The notes beneath the pieces are model-generated. The model worked only from the letters and a program-made list of their open reading frames with translations. It was not told the DNA's origin and made no database searches. From Alphaproteobacteria bacterium (lineage in GTDB: Bacteria; Pseudomonadota; Alphaproteobacteria; Caedimonadales; UBA9215), in assembly GCA_024280495.1 (NCBI GenBank), contig JAJRPZ010000052.1, positions 1 to 39,671 on the forward strand: 39,671 bases of DNA. Reading direction: 5' to 3'. Positions within the stretch are counted from its first letter, which is position 1. Every line of letters begins with the position of its first letter. Position numbers and translations under genes: made by a program. Of this stretch, positions 36,773 through 39,671 are shown piece by piece.

Positions 36773-38650
36773 ATGAATAACAAACCCGCTCTAGCAGAAA
36801 AAATTTCCTCCCAAGGAAAAATGGCAAACTTAACCCAAGAAGGGCTATTACAGCTTACAGCTTATTTGCTTTCTCAAGGTTTTTCTGGGCTGCTATTACC
36901 TAAAACAGACGCTCATCGCTCAGAATATTGCCCTGATCGGGATAACCTGGTTCAATTTTTAACGGGATTTACTGGAAGTACTGGGTGTGCAGGTCTTGTT
37001 TCAAAGGACTCTCTCCAGGTAAAAGGCGCTGTATTTGTTGATGGTCGTTATACCACCCAAGCCCATGATGAAGTGAATACGGATCAATTTTCCGTTGTGA
37101 ATTACACTGTAAAAGACGTGGCATCTTGGTTTTCAGATTCTTTGAACTCTGGTGATAAAATTGCCTTTGATCCACAACTCTTCTCTCTAAAAGAATATGA
37201 GGCCTATGGCGACCTGCTTTCTCATTATGGTATTGACCTTGTGCCCTTGTCTGAAAATCCTTTGTATGAATTATGGAAAAAACGCCCCGTCGCTGATAAA
37301 TATCCTTTGTCACTTCATCCTATTCAGTATTCAGGTGTGAGTTTTACGGATAAATTACAAGTTATCAGAGATCAAATGAAAAAGGTGAGCTCTTCAAAAA
37401 AAATACCCCTTGATGGTTTCTTTTTAAATTATTCGGAAAGCATTGCTTGGCTTTTCAATGTGCGTGCCCATGATCGCTTGATAACACCTGTTGCTCCCTT
37501 ATATGCTTATGTGCCGTCCAGCGGACCTTGCACGATTTTCATGGATAAATCACAGGATATGAGCGCCTTAATATCTGCATTCGGTATCTCTGTTGTCTTT
37601 AAAGATTATAAAGTTGCTTTTGAAAATAACGGATTATTTTCAGGGAAAAAAATTGCCCTTGATGCTGGAAATGCCACGATATCTATGAAAAATTGCATTG
37701 AATCACAAGGAGGAGAGGTTGTGAAATGCTCTGATTTCTGTGATATTCCACGCTCCTGCAAAAACAAAACAGAACAAGAAGGCGCAGTGGCCGCCCATGT
37801 GCGAGATGGCGTTGCAGTTTGTCATTTATTATCATGGTTAGAGTCGGCAATTGCCAATGATATCATCACTGAATTAGATGTGGTTAACCGTCTGTGGCAA
37901 TGCAGACTCGAGCAAAACCATATCAAAGGATACAGTTTTGATACAATCTCAGGGTCTGGTCCCAATGGTGCCATCGTGCATTATCGTGTATCTGAAAAAA
38001 CAAATCGCACCCTTAAACCTGACGATATTTTTCTTTTGGATTCTGGGGGGCAATATTTGGATGGCACAACGGATATCACCCGTACTATTTCCTTGAATAA
38101 AAAGCCGACTTCGGAACAAAAAGACAGATACACCCGTGTTTTAAAAGGACATATTGCCCTTTCCAGTGTGACGTTTCCAACGGGGACAACGGGATCAAAA
38201 TTGGACCCTCTCGCACGACAATATCTGTGGCAAATTGGAGAAGATTACGCCCACGGAACGGGGCATGGCGTTGGATCTTATTTGGGGGTACACGAAGGCC
38301 CACAACGTATTTCTCCAATTCATAACACCGTGCCTTTGTTACCAGGAATGATCCTCAGTAATGAACCTGGATATTACAAGGTGAATGCCTATGGGATTCG
38401 CATTGAAAATTTGGTGCTTGTTAAAAAGGTAATGGTTAAGTCGTCTCTTAATACTGATGAGTTGTTGTGTTTTGAGAACTTAACCATGGTCCCCATGGAT
38501 AAGTCCTTAATGGAAGTGACTCTTATGTCTCAGCAAGAGGTCAACTGGGTGAATGACTATCATCAACGGGTACACGACACATTGATACCCCTTGTCAATG
38601 AAGAGACTAAAAAATGGCTGCGCCTTGCTACGGAGCCTCTAACTCATTAA
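36773..38650 (+). CDS. pepP: Aminopeptidase P family protein (M24B)
   Basis: DAHRSEY, TGFTGS, VDGRY, GAIVHY, DSGGQYLDGTTDITRT, HGTGHGVG, VHEGPQ, NEPGYY, GIRIEN. Confidence 0.93.
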   Translation: MNNKPALAEKISSQGKMANLTQEGLLQLTAYLLSQGFSGLLLPKTDAHRSEYCPDRDNLVQFLTGFTGSTGCAGLVSKDSLQVKGAVFVDGRYTTQAHDEVNTDQFSVVNYTVKDVASWFSDSLNSGDKIAFDPQLFSLKEYEAYGDLLSHYGIDLVPLSENPLYELWKKRPVADKYPLSLHPIQYSGVSFTDKLQVIRDQMKKVSSSKKIPLDGFFLNYSESIAWLFNVRAHDRLITPVAPLYAYVPSSGPCTIFMDKSQDMSALISAFGISVVFKDYKVAFENNGLFSGKKIALDAGNATISMKNCIESQGGEVVKCSDFCDIPRSCKNKTEQEGAVAAHVRDGVAVCHLLSWLESAIANDIITELDVVNRLWQCRLEQNHIKGYSFDTISGSGPNGAIVHYRVSEKTNRTLKPDDIFLLDSGGQYLDGTTDITRTISLNKKPTSEQKDRYTRVLKGHIALSSVTFPTGTTGSKLDPLARQYLWQIGEDYAHGTGHGVGSYLGVHEGPQRISPIHNTVPLLPGMILSNEPGYYKVNAYGIRIENLVLVKKVMVKSSLNTDELLCFENLTMVPMDKSLMEVTLMSQQEVNWVNDYHQRVHDTLIPLVNEETKKWLRLATEPLTH

Positions 38651-38676
38651 CACTTTAATAAAAACAGGAAATTAAA

Positions 38677-39408
38677 ATGATAAAATTTTTTAAGACAATG
38701 ACTCTCGTTTCAGGAACCATCTTTTTGGCGACTAATGCCGCAAGTGCCCTGACGGCGGAAGCCCGCGATGAAATCGGACGTGCGGCCGTGGATTATATGA
38801 AAAATAACCCTAAATCTTTTACGGAAATAGTAACGGCCGTTCAAGAACATTCTCAAAAAATTGAAAAAAAACGCCAATTGGATTTACTTGCAAAACATCA
38901 AGATGATTTATTTAAGAAAATAACAAATGTACCCATTATTGGCAATAAAAAGGGCACCACGGAAATAGTTCTTTTCATGGATCCTTTCTGTCATTTTTGT
39001 CGCAAATTCGAGAAAACCATTAAGGTTGCTATCAAAGAGAATAAAAACATTAAATTCATTTCTCGTGATATTGCCATCATGCATCCAAAATCTATCATGC
39101 TGATCAAGGCTTTATTAGCTGCGGATCGTCAAGGAAAATACATGGAAATGCAGACCTTGGTTCATAAAGTTACCCCAAAAGTAGAGTCACAAGACCTTTT
39201 AAAATTTGCCGCTGACCTTAAAATGGATGTTACAAAATTCAAGGCAGATATGGATGATAAAAAAACCACAGAAATTCTAAAATCTAATATGGATCTAGCC
39301 GATAACCTTAATATTGAAGCCACTCCAACTTTTATTATTAAAGGAAAAAAATCTATAAATGCAGGATATGTATCATTTGATGAACTAAAAATCCTATTAA
39401 AGAAGTAA
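38677..39408 (+). CDS. DsbA family (Com1/ScsC-like) periplasmic thiol-disulfide oxidoreductase
   Basis: Signal peptide; YMKNNP helix; FMDPFCHFCRK (CxxC); EATPTF cis-Pro loop. Confidence 0.88.
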   Translation: MIKFFKTMTLVSGTIFLATNAASALTAEARDEIGRAAVDYMKNNPKSFTEIVTAVQEHSQKIEKKRQLDLLAKHQDDLFKKITNVPIIGNKKGTTEIVLFMDPFCHFCRKFEKTIKVAIKENKNIKFISRDIAIMHPKSIMLIKALLAADRQGKYMEMQTLVHKVTPKVESQDLLKFAADLKMDVTKFKADMDDKKTTEILKSNMDLADNLNIEATPTFIIKGKKSINAGYVSFDELKILLKK

Positions 39409-39417
39409 ATTATATTG

Positions 39418-39440
39418 GCTCTCACTTAAATAATGTGGAC
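39418..39440 (+). repeat. Short repeat, family C (GCTCTCACTTAAATAATGTGGAC)
   Basis: 21/23 identical to 29204-29226. Confidence 0.6.
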
Positions 39441-39503
39441 CCCCTAATTCTGCTCAAACCCTTATTTAGAAAGGAATACATCATATCCCTCCGTGTCTAA
39501 AAA

Positions 39504-39671
39504 GAGTTATAGCTAAAAGTTGTGTATGGGTATTTTTGAGAGAGATTTAGTGGTGTATTCTTAGATGTCCTGAAAAAACGGAATAGGAACACACCACCAT
39601 GTCACAAGATAATATAATTTCTTTCAAAAATCCAGCTTCTGAAGTCCCAGATTTACTCACTGAAATTGCGC
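39504..39671 (+). mobile_element. Left end of an IS256-family element; transposase starts at ATG 39599 and runs off the window
   Basis: End-like sequence GAGTTATAGCTAAAAGTTGTGTATGG; AGGA SD; ORF MSQDNIISFKNPASEVPDLLTEIA resembles proteobacterial IS256 N-termini (N.V..F..P...D.LTE). Confidence 0.65.

Noticed and set aside
4701-39408. trxB, tlpA, trxA and the DsbA-family gene as a dedicated redox island
   Set aside because: They are spread over 35 kb in unrelated operons and all are ordinary housekeeping families
69-39425. Numerous 60-143 aa ORFs antisense or out of frame to recognised genes (e.g. 23642-24064, 32251-32682, 17417-17746, 36969-37313)
   Set aside because: They lie within well-supported genes, have no motifs, and are expected as shadow ORFs

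Overview
A moderately AT-rich, gene-dense chromosomal window from an alphaproteobacterium. The basis is ALA synthase hemA, the rnd-kdsD-lptC/A-lptB order, a DivL-like PAS protein and pheS-pheT-lepA. Broken operons and orphan secreted proteins suggest a reduced, host-associated lineage such as Holosporales/Rickettsiales (inference). Most genes are housekeeping: tolB, trxB, tlpA, rnd, kdsD, lptB, folD, fieF, lepA, pheST, hemA, xseAB, ispA, dnaX-ybaB-recR, trxA, pepP and a DsbA-family gene. The main observations are: (1) an LPS-transport locus with a single-chain LptC-LptA-LptA fusion, preceded by an unannotated LptM/YifL-like mini-lipoprotein; (2) an A10 tract in dnaX with immediate stops in both shifted frames, a probable tau/gamma slippage site; (3) two IS5/IS903-group remnants with different internal deletions that share the same flank, which belongs to a set of dispersed palindromic (RPE-like) repeats; (4) a DivL homolog lacking the kinase domain; (5) a 1-nt frameshift in rnd and a histidine kinase that lacks a canonical start; (6) the left end of an IS256-family element at the window edge. 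No rRNA, tRNA or CRISPR array was seen. All family calls come from motif recognition by eye; no searches were run.
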